DNA from: Myxococcota bacterium
Lineage (GTDB): Bacteria; Myxococcota_A; UBA9160; PR03
NCBI GenBank assembly: GCA_041611735.1
Contig: JBFIML010000004.1
Span: forward strand, 64,001-128,000
Direction: 5' to 3'
Length of the DNA stretch: 64,000 nt
This document shows, piece by piece, positions 19,054 through 28,165 of the stretch (position 1 is its first letter; each line of letters starts with the position of its first letter). Below the pieces are notes generated by a model. It searched no databases, was not told the origin of the DNA, and saw only the letters and a program-made list of their open reading frames with translations. Both the position numbers and the translations under genes were made by a program.

Positions 19054-19066
19054 AATCAAACACTTA
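19054..19066 (+). promoter_or_regulatory. IHF binding site
   Basis: AATCAA-ACAC-TTA is an exact match to WATCAANNNNTTR, preceded by an A-rich tract in otherwise GC-rich DNA. Confidence 0.7.
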
Positions 19067-19090
19067 TATTTTCCGGCTGCCGCGGGCCGC

Positions 19091-19107
19091 TTGGCATCCC
19101 GGTTGCA
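19091..19107 (+). promoter_or_regulatory. Sigma-54 (-24/-12) promoter
   Basis: TTGGCATCCCGGTTGCA with GG-N10-GC spacing, upstream of a PEP-CTERM gene. Confidence 0.85.
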
Positions 19108-19177
19108 GTTGGAACTGGAGGCCCGCAGGAGCGGACTGCCCGGGGTCCGGCCCGGCGCCCGAGGAGGCACGAGGACG

Positions 19178-19978
19178 ATGCGGAAGTGGCTCGGCATCGC
19201 GTTGGCGAGCGTGTTGGTGCTCGGCGCGGCGGAGGCCCGGGCCGCAGCCCTCGGCTTCACCGGCCAGCTCGTGCTCGGGATCGGGAACTTCCCGGCCGTG
19301 ACCGCGGTCGGAAGCGGAACCGCCAGCGTCACCGCCGACGGCGGCTTCCACCTGCTCTCCCTGGGCGTACCCGGCGGCACCTTCGGGCCCATCACCGCCT
19401 CGCTCCCCGCGACGGCCGACGCCACCGTGCAGTCGGTGCGCTTCACCGCGGCCCAGAACCTGGCGGGCAACTTCACGAACCTCTCCGGCGGGCCGCCGGG
19501 TGGCGGACCCATGGGTCTCGCGGGGCTGGCCCGGCTGTGCCTCGTGTTCGACCCGACCTGCAGCGGCATCTTCGTACCCCCGCTGCCCCTCACCCCCATG
19601 GCGGGCGTCGGCTTCGGCGTGGGGGGAACCCAGCTCGTGAGCGGGGCCGTGGAGCTCACCCTCCAGCACGCGCCCTGGAGCGTGGGCTCGCCCTTCGTGA
19701 CCATCCACAATCCCGGCAGCACGGTGAGCACGCCCACCGTGCCCATCGGCTTCGCCCACGGGCCGGCCTCCGGCACCTCCAGCACGGCGCAGCTCTCGGG
19801 CACCTTGCGCCTGGTGACCGTCACCCGGGTGCTGACCAGCCTGACCGGCACGCTCCCGGAGCTGCCGGTCTTCGGCCGGCTGACCCTGCACTTCGTGCCG
19901 GAGCCCGGGACGTTGCTGCTGCTCGGGTCGGCCGCACTCGGCGCCGCGTTGCTCGGGCGAGGCCGGCACCCCCGCTAG
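19178..19978 (+). CDS. PEP-CTERM sorting domain-containing protein (paralog 1)
   Basis: GAGGA-type SD; signal peptide MRKWLGIALA...AEARA; C-terminal VPEPGTLLLLG-TM-RGRHPR. Confidence 0.92.
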   Translation: MRKWLGIALASVLVLGAAEARAAALGFTGQLVLGIGNFPAVTAVGSGTASVTADGGFHLLSLGVPGGTFGPITASLPATADATVQSVRFTAAQNLAGNFTNLSGGPPGGGPMGLAGLARLCLVFDPTCSGIFVPPLPLTPMAGVGFGVGGTQLVSGAVELTLQHAPWSVGSPFVTIHNPGSTVSTPTVPIGFAHGPASGTSSTAQLSGTLRLVTVTRVLTSLTGTLPELPVFGRLTLHFVPEPGTLLLLGSAALGAALLGRGRHPR

Positions 19979-20181
19979 CTCGAGCGCAGCCGGCACCCCC
20001 GCGCGGACCGGGCCGGCTCCGGACGCTGGCTGCCCGCCGCCGGGGGTCGCTTCCCCCCCGACGGGGCTGCGCTAGGGTTCCGCGCTGGCCGGGATCCGGG
20101 ACGGGCCCGGGGTCGGCCGGCGCGCGCCACCTCGCCCCGCCCCGGTCCTCGCGCCGGCGGGGTTCGCCTGTCGGGAGCCCG

Positions 20182-21585
20182 ATGCTTCGCCGTCTGCTCG
20201 ATTCCCCCTGGACCTACTACGTGCTCGCGGGCGTGCTGCTCGTCGTGGCGGTCCTCTCCCAGTTCGAGTTCCGCCCGCCGGCGCGCCCCCCGGGCAGCGT
20301 GGACCAGCTGGCCACGCTCCGGGAGCGCGACGACTTGAACGTGCTGTTCATCCTGATCGACACGCTTCGCGCCGACCGCCTGCACGCCTACGGCTACCCA
20401 CGCGAGACCAGCCCCTGGATGGACGAGCTGGCGCGCACCGGCATCCGCTTCGAACGCGTGGTGGGACAGTCCACCTGGACCAAGAGCTCCATGGCCTCGC
20501 TGTGGACGGGCACCCACCCGGCCCGCAACGGCATCCTGCGCTGGGGACACGCGCTGCCCGACACGGTGCGCATGCCCGCCGAGGTCCTGCGCGAGGCGGG
20601 CTTCCGCACCACCGGCATCTTCCGCAACGGCTGGGTGTCGGCGAACTTCGGCTTCTCCCAGGGCTTCGAGACCTACGTGAAGCCCGTGCCCAACGTGGCC
20701 CCAGCCCCGACGCGCAGCCCCCGCGCCTACGAGAAGCTGCAGGGCAGTGACGAGGACATCACCTTCCCGGCCCTGGAGTTCCTGCGCACCTACGGGCGGG
20801 AGCGCTTCCTGCTCTACGTCCACTACATGGACGTGCACCAGTACACCTACGGCGACCACTCGGCCCTGTTCGGCACCAGCTACTCGGACGCCTACGACAA
20901 CGCCATCCACTGGACCGATCAGAACGTGGGGGTGCTGGTGCGGAAGCTCGACGAGCTGGGGGTACGGGACCGCACGCTGCTCGTGATCGTCTCGGACCAC
21001 GGCGAGGAGTTCCAGGAGCACGGCCGTGAGGGGCACGCCAAGAGCCTCTACCGGGAGGTGACGGAGGTGCCCTGGATCCTGAGCCTGCCCTTCCGGCTGG
21101 AGCCGGGCATCGTGGTGCCCGGGACGGTCCAGAACGTGGACGTCTGGCCGACGCTCCTCGACCTGCTGGGGCTGCCGGCCCTGGAGGAGACGGACGGGCG
21201 CTCGCTCCTGCCGGAGATCCAGGCGGCGGCGCGCGGCACCCCTCCCGAGGGCAACGGCCTGCCACCCGCCTTCGCCCAGCTGGACCGGCGCTGGGGCAGG
21301 CCGGAGCTCGACCCGGACCCGCTGGTGGCCGTCACCGAGGGCTCCTACCGGCTGATCCTGGCTACGGCGGGCGAGGAGCCGACCCTCGAGCTGTACGACC
21401 ACGCCTCCGATCCCCTGGAAGCCGAGAACCTGGCCACGGAGCAGCCGGAGGTGACGGAGCGCCTGCGCGCCCGGGTGGACACGTACCTGGCCCAACCCGC
21501 CACGGCCTGGGGCCAGCCCCTGGAGGTCGAGATCAGCGACCTGGAACGCGGCCAGCTCCGGGCCCTCGGCTACGTCTTCCGCTAG
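20182..21585 (+). CDS. Membrane-anchored sulfatase-fold protein
   Basis: SD GGGAG; N-terminal TM; NVLFILIDTLRAD; WTKSSMASLWTG; HYMDVH; SDHGE; ELYD; C-terminal LRALGYV. Confidence 0.85.
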   Translation: MLRRLLDSPWTYYVLAGVLLVVAVLSQFEFRPPARPPGSVDQLATLRERDDLNVLFILIDTLRADRLHAYGYPRETSPWMDELARTGIRFERVVGQSTWTKSSMASLWTGTHPARNGILRWGHALPDTVRMPAEVLREAGFRTTGIFRNGWVSANFGFSQGFETYVKPVPNVAPAPTRSPRAYEKLQGSDEDITFPALEFLRTYGRERFLLYVHYMDVHQYTYGDHSALFGTSYSDAYDNAIHWTDQNVGVLVRKLDELGVRDRTLLVIVSDHGEEFQEHGREGHAKSLYREVTEVPWILSLPFRLEPGIVVPGTVQNVDVWPTLLDLLGLPALEETDGRSLLPEIQAAARGTPPEGNGLPPAFAQLDRRWGRPELDPDPLVAVTEGSYRLILATAGEEPTLELYDHASDPLEAENLATEQPEVTERLRARVDTYLAQPATAWGQPLEVEISDLERGQLRALGYVFR

Positions 21586-21631
21586 GGGCGTCGCCTCCTC
21601 GCGGCGCGGCGCGGACCGGACGCCAAGAGCC

Positions 21632-23617
21632 GTGCGCAGCCCGGGCGACGTGGCGGCCTGGTGCGCGGTCGCGCTGGCGGTGGCGCTGGCCCTGGGGCTC
21701 ACCGCGCACCGCATCGCCTTCTCGCCCGCCGGGATCGTGATCCTCCCAGACCCGCAGGCGCCCTGGATCCAGGCGGACGCGCCGGTCACCGCCCTGCTGC
21801 AGCAGTGGGGACGGGAGGAGGCGCCGGTCACGCGCTTCTTCACCTCGTTCTCCCTGGAGCGGCCAGCGGCCCGGGCGGAGCTCTCGGTGCGCGCCTTTGG
21901 CCCGGCCCAGGTCACCCTGAACGGCGAGCCCGTCTCCTTCGCTGCGAGCCCGCCCGGGACGTCGGACTGGAAGCGCTTCCGCCGCACCGAGGTGGGCCTG
22001 CGGGCCGGCAGCAACACGCTGCACGTGGACGTGGCGAACCGCCGGGGACCGGCGCTCCTCGCCCTGCGCCTGGCGGGCGACGGTTTCGCGCGGACCACGG
22101 GCCCCGACTGGCTGGCCCTGGCCGACGACGGCACGACGCGGCGCACGCGCCCGGCCAGCGACCGGCGCCGGCACCCGGACTCCTACGCGAGCGAGCGCCC
22201 GCTCGCCGCCCTGGTCGAGATGGGCAGCGCGGTCGCGCTGCTGGGCGGACTGGCGGCGACGGCCTTCCTGGTGGCGCGGCGCCGGGCGGTCGGGGCTCCA
22301 TCCTGGCTCCCGGCCGCCGCTGGGGGCGGCGTCGTCCTGGCCTGGGTCGTCCTCCTGGCCGTGAAGCTGCGTCACCTGGGCCTCGACGTGGGCTTCGACG
22401 CCGGCAACCACCTGGACTACGTGGAGGGGCTGCGTCGGGACGGGCGCCTGCCCCGGGCCACGGAGCACTGGTCCGCCTACCACCCTCCCCTCTTCTACCT
22501 GGCGAGCGCCGGGCTGGATGCCCTGGCGGGAGCCCTGGGCGCAGTCCGCAGCCACTCGCTGGCCCTGAAGGGGGTTCCCTTCCTGGCGGGCCTCGGGAAC
22601 GTGGCCCTCGCCGGGGCGCTCGCCCGGCGCCTCGTGCCCGAGGACCGCGTCGCCCGCGCCCTGGCCATCGTCTTCGCCGGCTTCCTGCCCGTGAACCTCT
22701 ACGTGGCGGCCTACTTCTCCAACGAGGGCCTGCACGCCTTCCTGGCCGGCCTCGCCCTGGTGCTGGCGGTGGGGCTGCTGCGGGCCGACCGGGTGAGCCT
22801 GCGCGGCGCGGCGCTCGTCTCCCTGGCCCTCGGCGCGGCGCTGCTCACCAAGTTCACGGCCGTGCTGGTGGCGGGGCCGGTGCTCCTGGCCCTGGGCGCG
22901 AAGATCCTGGTGGTCGAGCGCGGGCGGCCCGGGGCGGCGGGCGGGCGCCTCGCCGCCCTGCTGCTCCCGCTGCTCGGGGTGGCCGGCTGGTTCTATGTGC
23001 GCAACGTCCTGGAGTACGGGCGCCCGCTGGTGGGCAACTGGGACCTGCCGGACCCGCGCCGCAGCTGGTGGTCGCCGCCGGGCTTCCACACGCCGGGCTA
23101 CTACCTGCACTTCGGCGAGGCGCTGCTGCGTCCCTACTTCGCGGGCTTCGTCTCGTTCTGGGACGCGCTCTACTCCACCTTCTGGGGCGACGGCTTCGTG
23201 GGCGGCCGCGCGGGCGTGCGCTGGCGTCACCCGCTCTGGAACTACACGTTCATGGCCGCGGGCTACCTGCTGGCCCTGCCCGCCACGCTGCTGCTCGGAG
23301 CCGGCTTCGTCGGGATCCTGGGCGCCGCGTGGCGCGACCGGGATGCGCGCCGCCGCGCCGCCTTCGGCCTGCTCGGGCTCGTGTGCGCCGCCATGGGCTT
23401 CGCCGTCTTCTGGGCCACCCTGGCGCTCCCCTACCACGGCCAGGCCCGGGCCTCGTACCTGCTCGCCCTGGTCCCCGTCTGGGCGCTCTGCTTCGCCCGG
23501 GCGACGAGCGGGCTCGAGCGTCGGCTCGCCGCCCGGGGCTGGACGGCGGCGCGCGCGCTCCTGGTCGCCTGGCTCGGCGCGCTCTTCGGCGTGCTCTACC
23601 TGGGCTTCGCGGGCTGA
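21632..23617 (+). CDS. GT-C (ArnT/PMT-like) glycosyltransferase with N-terminal beta-rich extracytoplasmic domain
   Basis: GFDAGNHLDY, YHPPLFY, SNEGL, LLTKFT, GWFYVRN, QARASY. Confidence 0.7.
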   Translation: MRSPGDVAAWCAVALAVALALGLTAHRIAFSPAGIVILPDPQAPWIQADAPVTALLQQWGREEAPVTRFFTSFSLERPAARAELSVRAFGPAQVTLNGEPVSFAASPPGTSDWKRFRRTEVGLRAGSNTLHVDVANRRGPALLALRLAGDGFARTTGPDWLALADDGTTRRTRPASDRRRHPDSYASERPLAALVEMGSAVALLGGLAATAFLVARRRAVGAPSWLPAAAGGGVVLAWVVLLAVKLRHLGLDVGFDAGNHLDYVEGLRRDGRLPRATEHWSAYHPPLFYLASAGLDALAGALGAVRSHSLALKGVPFLAGLGNVALAGALARRLVPEDRVARALAIVFAGFLPVNLYVAAYFSNEGLHAFLAGLALVLAVGLLRADRVSLRGAALVSLALGAALLTKFTAVLVAGPVLLALGAKILVVERGRPGAAGGRLAALLLPLLGVAGWFYVRNVLEYGRPLVGNWDLPDPRRSWWSPPGFHTPGYYLHFGEALLRPYFAGFVSFWDALYSTFWGDGFVGGRAGVRWRHPLWNYTFMAAGYLLALPATLLLGAGFVGILGAAWRDRDARRRAAFGLLGLVCAAMGFAVFWATLALPYHGQARASYLLALVPVWALCFARATSGLERRLAARGWTAARALLVAWLGALFGVLYLGFAG

Positions 23618-23619
23618 GC

Positions 23620-25245
23620 GTGCAGCGGACGACCCGGCGGCGGGCGGTGCTGTGCGTGGCGCTGGTCGCCGCCCTGGCGGCGCTCGCCGGGAGCCGACTG
23701 GAGCTCCCGGGTCCCTACTACGACGAGGTGGTGCAGGCCGTCCCGGCCGCCGAGTTCCTGGATGGGCGCATCCGCGGCGCACCGCTGCCGGGCTCCCAGG
23801 CCCTGCACCTGGCCGGACGTCCGTTTCCCTGGCTCACCCAGGCCTACATGGGGGCGCTCAAGAGCCAGCTCCTGATTGCCTCCTTCGCCCTGGCGGGAGA
23901 GCAGGTGGCGGTGCTGCGCGCCACGACGCTGGTCTGGAGCACCCTCGGCCTGCTGGCTGCCCTCGTCTTCGGCTGGCGCGCCCTCGGCGCCGGGGCGGCC
24001 GCGCTGGGCGGCCTGCTGCTGGTCACCGATCCGAGCTTCGTCTTCCTGAGCCGTCACGACTGGGGCTCCTTCGCCCTGGGCTTCGCCCTGCGCTGCGGCG
24101 CCCTGGCCGCGGCCGTGCTCTGGTGGGACAGCGGGAAGGCACGCTGGGCGCTGGCGGCCGGCGCCGCCCTCGGCCTGGGCGTCTACAACAAGATCGACTT
24201 CGCGGTGTTCCCCGCCGCGGCCCTCGGCGCGCTGCTCGTCGCCGGGCGGGGCACCGTCGCGGCGGCCCTGCGCCAGCGACGGGCGCAGGTGCTGGGCGCC
24301 GCGGCGCTGGCGGGGCTCCTGGCGCTGCCCATTGCCGTTTCCCTCTTCACCCTGGCGGGCGAGGCGGGCCGGCTGGCCGAGCAGGTGGCCTTCGCCGAGA
24401 AGTGGCGCGCGCACGGGGCCGTGCTGGACGGCTCCTACTTCCTGCGCCTGATGCGCGCCGGGGGGCGCTTCGACGTCCTGTTCGCGGAGCCGGCCCCGCG
24501 CGGCGGCCTGGGCCTGGCCGCCGCCGTGGCCGCCCTGGGTCTCGGGGCGGCTCTCCTGCGCCGCCGCGCCCCGCGCGGGAGCGCCTTCGTGCTGGTGTGC
24601 GGAGGCCTGACGCTCGCCCTCCTGCTGCTGGCCCCCGGTGCGGCGCGTGCCCACCACGTGATGAATGCCTGGCCCTTTCCGCACTGGATCCTGGCCCTCG
24701 GTCTCCTGGGCCTGTGGGGTCGGGGCGGGGGGCGTGCGTTCTGGCTGCGCCGGACGCTCGCCGTGGCGGTGCTGGCCGGCGTGGTGGGCGCGAACCTGCG
24801 CGTGGTCGAGCGCACCCACGCGGAGATCCGGGCCAGCGGCGGACGCGGCTTCTGGAGCGATGCCATCTCGACCTTCGCCGCGCAGGCGCGGGAGAGCCCG
24901 GGGCTGCGCGTCGTCTGCCTGGACTGGGGCTTCCACACCCAGATCGCCCTGCTGGCGCCCGGGGTCCGCTCCCTGGACGCCATCTGGGCGGCGCGGCGCG
25001 AGCTGGCGCGGGGGCGCGCCTGGGTCCTGGAGGGCGACGCCCGCACCATCTACCTGGTGCACGCGCCGCCCTACGACCTGTTTCCGCTGGGCAGCGCCTT
25101 CCGGGACGCCCTGGACGAGCGCCCCGCGGCGGACGTGACGGTTCGCCGCTACCGCGACCGGCTGGGCCACGAGGCGTTCCGGGCCGTGCGCCTGGCCGCA
25201 CCCCACCGGCTCGGCTACGACGGCGCGTCGCTGCGGCTGGACTGA
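23620..25245 (+). CDS. GT-C (ArnT/PMT-like) glycosyltransferase
   Basis: PYYDEVVQ after TM1; YMGALKS; LRA; GLGVYNK; multiple TMs then a soluble C-terminal domain. Confidence 0.7.
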   Translation: MQRTTRRRAVLCVALVAALAALAGSRLELPGPYYDEVVQAVPAAEFLDGRIRGAPLPGSQALHLAGRPFPWLTQAYMGALKSQLLIASFALAGEQVAVLRATTLVWSTLGLLAALVFGWRALGAGAAALGGLLLVTDPSFVFLSRHDWGSFALGFALRCGALAAAVLWWDSGKARWALAAGAALGLGVYNKIDFAVFPAAALGALLVAGRGTVAAALRQRRAQVLGAAALAGLLALPIAVSLFTLAGEAGRLAEQVAFAEKWRAHGAVLDGSYFLRLMRAGGRFDVLFAEPAPRGGLGLAAAVAALGLGAALLRRRAPRGSAFVLVCGGLTLALLLLAPGAARAHHVMNAWPFPHWILALGLLGLWGRGGGRAFWLRRTLAVAVLAGVVGANLRVVERTHAEIRASGGRGFWSDAISTFAAQARESPGLRVVCLDWGFHTQIALLAPGVRSLDAIWAARRELARGRAWVLEGDARTIYLVHAPPYDLFPLGSAFRDALDERPAADVTVRRYRDRLGHEAFRAVRLAAPHRLGYDGASLRLD

Positions 25246-26846
25246 GCCGGGCCGACGCGCTGCCACACCACGAAGGAGGCCCAGGGGCGCGTCTCCTCCC
25301 AGAGCGGCCGGCGCGCCCACAGGCCGCGGGCCGCGTCCCCGGTCACGAAGCTCACGCTGCCGTCCGGCCGGAACGGGGTGGCCGCCACCAGCCGGTAGTC
25401 CGCCTCCACCAGCTCCCGGAGCCCGCGGCGCAGATCGGGCGCCGTGTCGGGATGCTCGAGCAGGGACGTCTCCAGGAACGTGGCGACGATGAAGGCGGGC
25501 CGGGCCGCGCGGACCTGGCGCAGCGCCTCCTGCTGACGCTCCCGCACGCCGGGAAAGGGAGCCAGCAGGGGATACACGAAGATGTAGCGGGTCGCGCTGC
25601 GGCGCCGGGCGTAGAAGAGCACCTGCGGCTCCGAGCCGAACACGAACAGGCGATCCGTGGCGGTCGAGTGCCGGGCCACCCAGTCCGCCACCGCCAGGGA
25701 CTCCACGAAGGGGTTGTTGGCGTAGAGGCGGCGGCACTTCGCCGCGGGATCGCCCGGCAGGTAGTACCAGGGCGCGCTCCATACCGCGTGCAGCACCAGG
25801 ACCGCCGCGCCGGCTACGGCCAGCAGGCGGGTACGCGGGTCCCGACCCAGTCGCCGGGCGGCCTCGTCCAGGCCGGCGCCCGCCAGCAGCGCCAGGGGAG
25901 GCGCCACGAACATGAAGTAGTGGTTCCGGAAGTACCCGCCGGCGGAGGCCGCCAGGCACGCCGCCCCGAGCCAGGCCAGGCTCCAGGCGAAGCCCCGCCC
26001 CGGGGCGGCACCCGGCGCGCTCCCGGGCCGGAGGCGGAGCGCCAGGCCGGCGGCGGCCACGAGAACGAGGGGCGCCAGGCTCGGCAGGAGCTCCCCCGCC
26101 TGGAGGCGCAGGGACGCCCAGTAGGCGGAGAACGGCAGCGAGGTCCCGTACGCCAGGTTGTACCGCACCGTGGCATCGAAGAAGGGCTGCCACGCGCCGG
26201 CGGCCACGAAGTAGGCGACCCCCGCTGCCCCCGCGCCGAGCCCGCCCGCGGCGTAGGCGGCCAGGGGCGCGAGCCGCCCGCGCGTGCCCCACGCGATGCG
26301 GGCCGCTGCGACGGCCACCACGGGAGCCGCCACGGGCTTGAAGCTGAGGGCCGCGGCACCGGCCAGGCCGGCGGCGAAGGCCCAGCGAGCGGCCGGCCCG
26401 GCCACGCTGCGCTCCGCCGCCAGCATGCCGGCCGCCAGGGGCAGGAGGGCCAGCAGCTCCGTGTTGGCGGCGTTGCCGAGGAAGACGGGATCCACGGTGA
26501 GGAGCACCAGCAGCAGACCGGCGGCGAGCGCGGCGGGAGCCGAGAACCAGCGCCACCCGAGAGCCAGGACGCAGGCCAGCGTACCCAGGGTCCAGAGCTG
26601 GGCGCCCCAGTGGATGGCCCCCGGCGTGGCGCCAAGGGTGCGCAGGATGCCGGCATAGACGGCCACTGCGCCGGGGGGCTTCTGGAGGAAGCTGTCGCGG
26701 TAGGGCACGTCGCCCGCGAGCCAGGCCCAGGCGGTGTAGGCGTACTCCCCTTCGTCCCGCTCCAGGGGCACGTCGGCCACCGTGGCGCGAAGTCCGAGCG
26801 CCAGCGCGCCCACCAGGCCGGCGGCCAGCAGGGGCGTGGCCCTCAA
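25215..26846 (-). CDS. GT-C (family 39/ArnT-like) glycosyltransferase
   Basis: TTG start in a TTGA overlap. ERDEGEY, PYRD...KPPG, ANTE, FKP, NHYF, FGSEPQVLFYA. Confidence 0.8.
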   Translation of the reverse strand: MRATPLLAAGLVGALALGLRATVADVPLERDEGEYAYTAWAWLAGDVPYRDSFLQKPPGAVAVYAGILRTLGATPGAIHWGAQLWTLGTLACVLALGWRWFSAPAALAAGLLLVLLTVDPVFLGNAANTELLALLPLAAGMLAAERSVAGPAARWAFAAGLAGAAALSFKPVAAPVVAVAAARIAWGTRGRLAPLAAYAAGGLGAGAAGVAYFVAAGAWQPFFDATVRYNLAYGTSLPFSAYWASLRLQAGELLPSLAPLVLVAAAGLALRLRPGSAPGAAPGRGFAWSLAWLGAACLAASAGGYFRNHYFMFVAPPLALLAGAGLDEAARRLGRDPRTRLLAVAGAAVLVLHAVWSAPWYYLPGDPAAKCRRLYANNPFVESLAVADWVARHSTATDRLFVFGSEPQVLFYARRRSATRYIFVYPLLAPFPGVRERQQEALRQVRAARPAFIVATFLETSLLEHPDTAPDLRRGLRELVEADYRLVAATPFRPDGSVSFVTGDAARGLWARRPLWEETRPWASFVVWQRVGPAQSSRSDAPS

Positions 26847-28165
26847 CGGGGGGCCTGCGCCCGGGCTGCGACGACCCGCGCGATCTCCGTGGCGACCCGC
26901 TGGTAGCCCCGCGGCGTGTAGTGGCAGCAGTGGTCCTTGTAGATCTCGCCGGGCTCGTCGCGGAAGAGGCCGGTCAGATCGTGGAAGGCGATGCCCGCCC
27001 GGGCCAGCTCCGCCCCCGCCGCCACCAGGCGCGGGTAGCCGAGCTCGGCGCCCTGGCGGTAGCGATCGCGGGCCGGACTCCGGGCCGTGGCCCGCTCCCG
27101 GGGCGTCAGCGCCTTGGAGCCCGCCAGGTACTGGTTGGGCTGGAGGAAGTGGAGATAGAGCATGCCGTTGGCCTGCGCGAGGTGCGCCATCTCCCGGGAG
27201 GCGGCCTGCCAGGTACGCACCAGCGCCTCGAGCAGCGCGGCGTCGGTGGCGGGGGCGTCGACGGGGCCCGTCAGCTCGGGACCCGGCCCCGCCTCCTCCT
27301 GGAGGAGGCTGCGCAGCTGCGCCTCGAGACGCGTCTGCTCCGAGAGGTAGCGGCGATGCAGGGCGTGCCACACCAGGAGCGCGAAGCCGCTCTCGCGCCA
27401 CGGGGCCGCCGCGAAGCGCGCGCGCAGCGTCTCGATCTGCTCCCGCTCCGCGGCCAGCCGCCCCACCAGGATCGTCGTGTCCACGGACTGCACCCGGGCG
27501 GCGTAGGCCCGCCAGCTGCGCGGGTAGTCGGACGCCACGTGCAGGCGCGCGTTCTCCGCGAAGGGGAGCGCCACCTCGTTGTAGCCGTCGAGATTGACCA
27601 CCGCGTCGAAGCGGGCGCCCCGGGTCAGGAGCCAGGCCAGGGCCAGCAGCTGCTGGGGCTGCTTCATGCCGTCCAGGGCCAGGCAGACGATCTCGATGCG
27701 CCGGGCGGCCAGGGTGACGTCCGCCGCCAGCTGACGCTCGAGCACCGCGCGAGCCTCGAGGAAGAGCTCCAGGGCCACGGAACCCCCGAAGAGCGCGACG
27801 CGGAAGGCGAGTCCGGGACGTTGCACCAGGGGATCCGGGCCGAAGAAGCCGTAACGGTTCACGGCCACGTGGACCGGGATGCCGTTCAGACGATGCTCCG
27901 CCAGGGCGGGATTGCGCACGAAGCCCAGGTAGGGATGCAGGATGTGGTCCTGCATCCAGGGCGGGGCGGGCCGCCGCCCCTCCGGGCCCGGGGCCCGCGC
28001 CTCCGGGGTCCGCGCCGGCAGCTCGAGGCTGGCCTGGACCTGGGCGCGGCTGGCCCAGCGGTCCGAGAGCAGGCCCAGCAGGGCGCGCGAGCCGAGCTCG
28101 AGGAGCACTGCCGTCACCAGCACCACGCCGAGGGCGACCGCCGAGGTCCGGATGGCGCGCCGCAT
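26843..28165 (-). CDS. Membrane-anchored SGNH-fold protein
   Basis: TM ending LELGSR; HPYLGF; FGGSVA; KQPQQL; LDGYNE; LQPN; DHCCHY. Confidence 0.7.
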   Translation of the reverse strand: MRRAIRTSAVALGVVLVTAVLLELGSRALLGLLSDRWASRAQVQASLELPARTPEARAPGPEGRRPAPPWMQDHILHPYLGFVRNPALAEHRLNGIPVHVAVNRYGFFGPDPLVQRPGLAFRVALFGGSVALELFLEARAVLERQLAADVTLAARRIEIVCLALDGMKQPQQLLALAWLLTRGARFDAVVNLDGYNEVALPFAENARLHVASDYPRSWRAYAARVQSVDTTILVGRLAAEREQIETLRARFAAAPWRESGFALLVWHALHRRYLSEQTRLEAQLRSLLQEEAGPGPELTGPVDAPATDAALLEALVRTWQAASREMAHLAQANGMLYLHFLQPNQYLAGSKALTPRERATARSPARDRYRQGAELGYPRLVAAGAELARAGIAFHDLTGLFRDEPGEIYKDHCCHYTPRGYQRVATEIARVVAARAQAPR

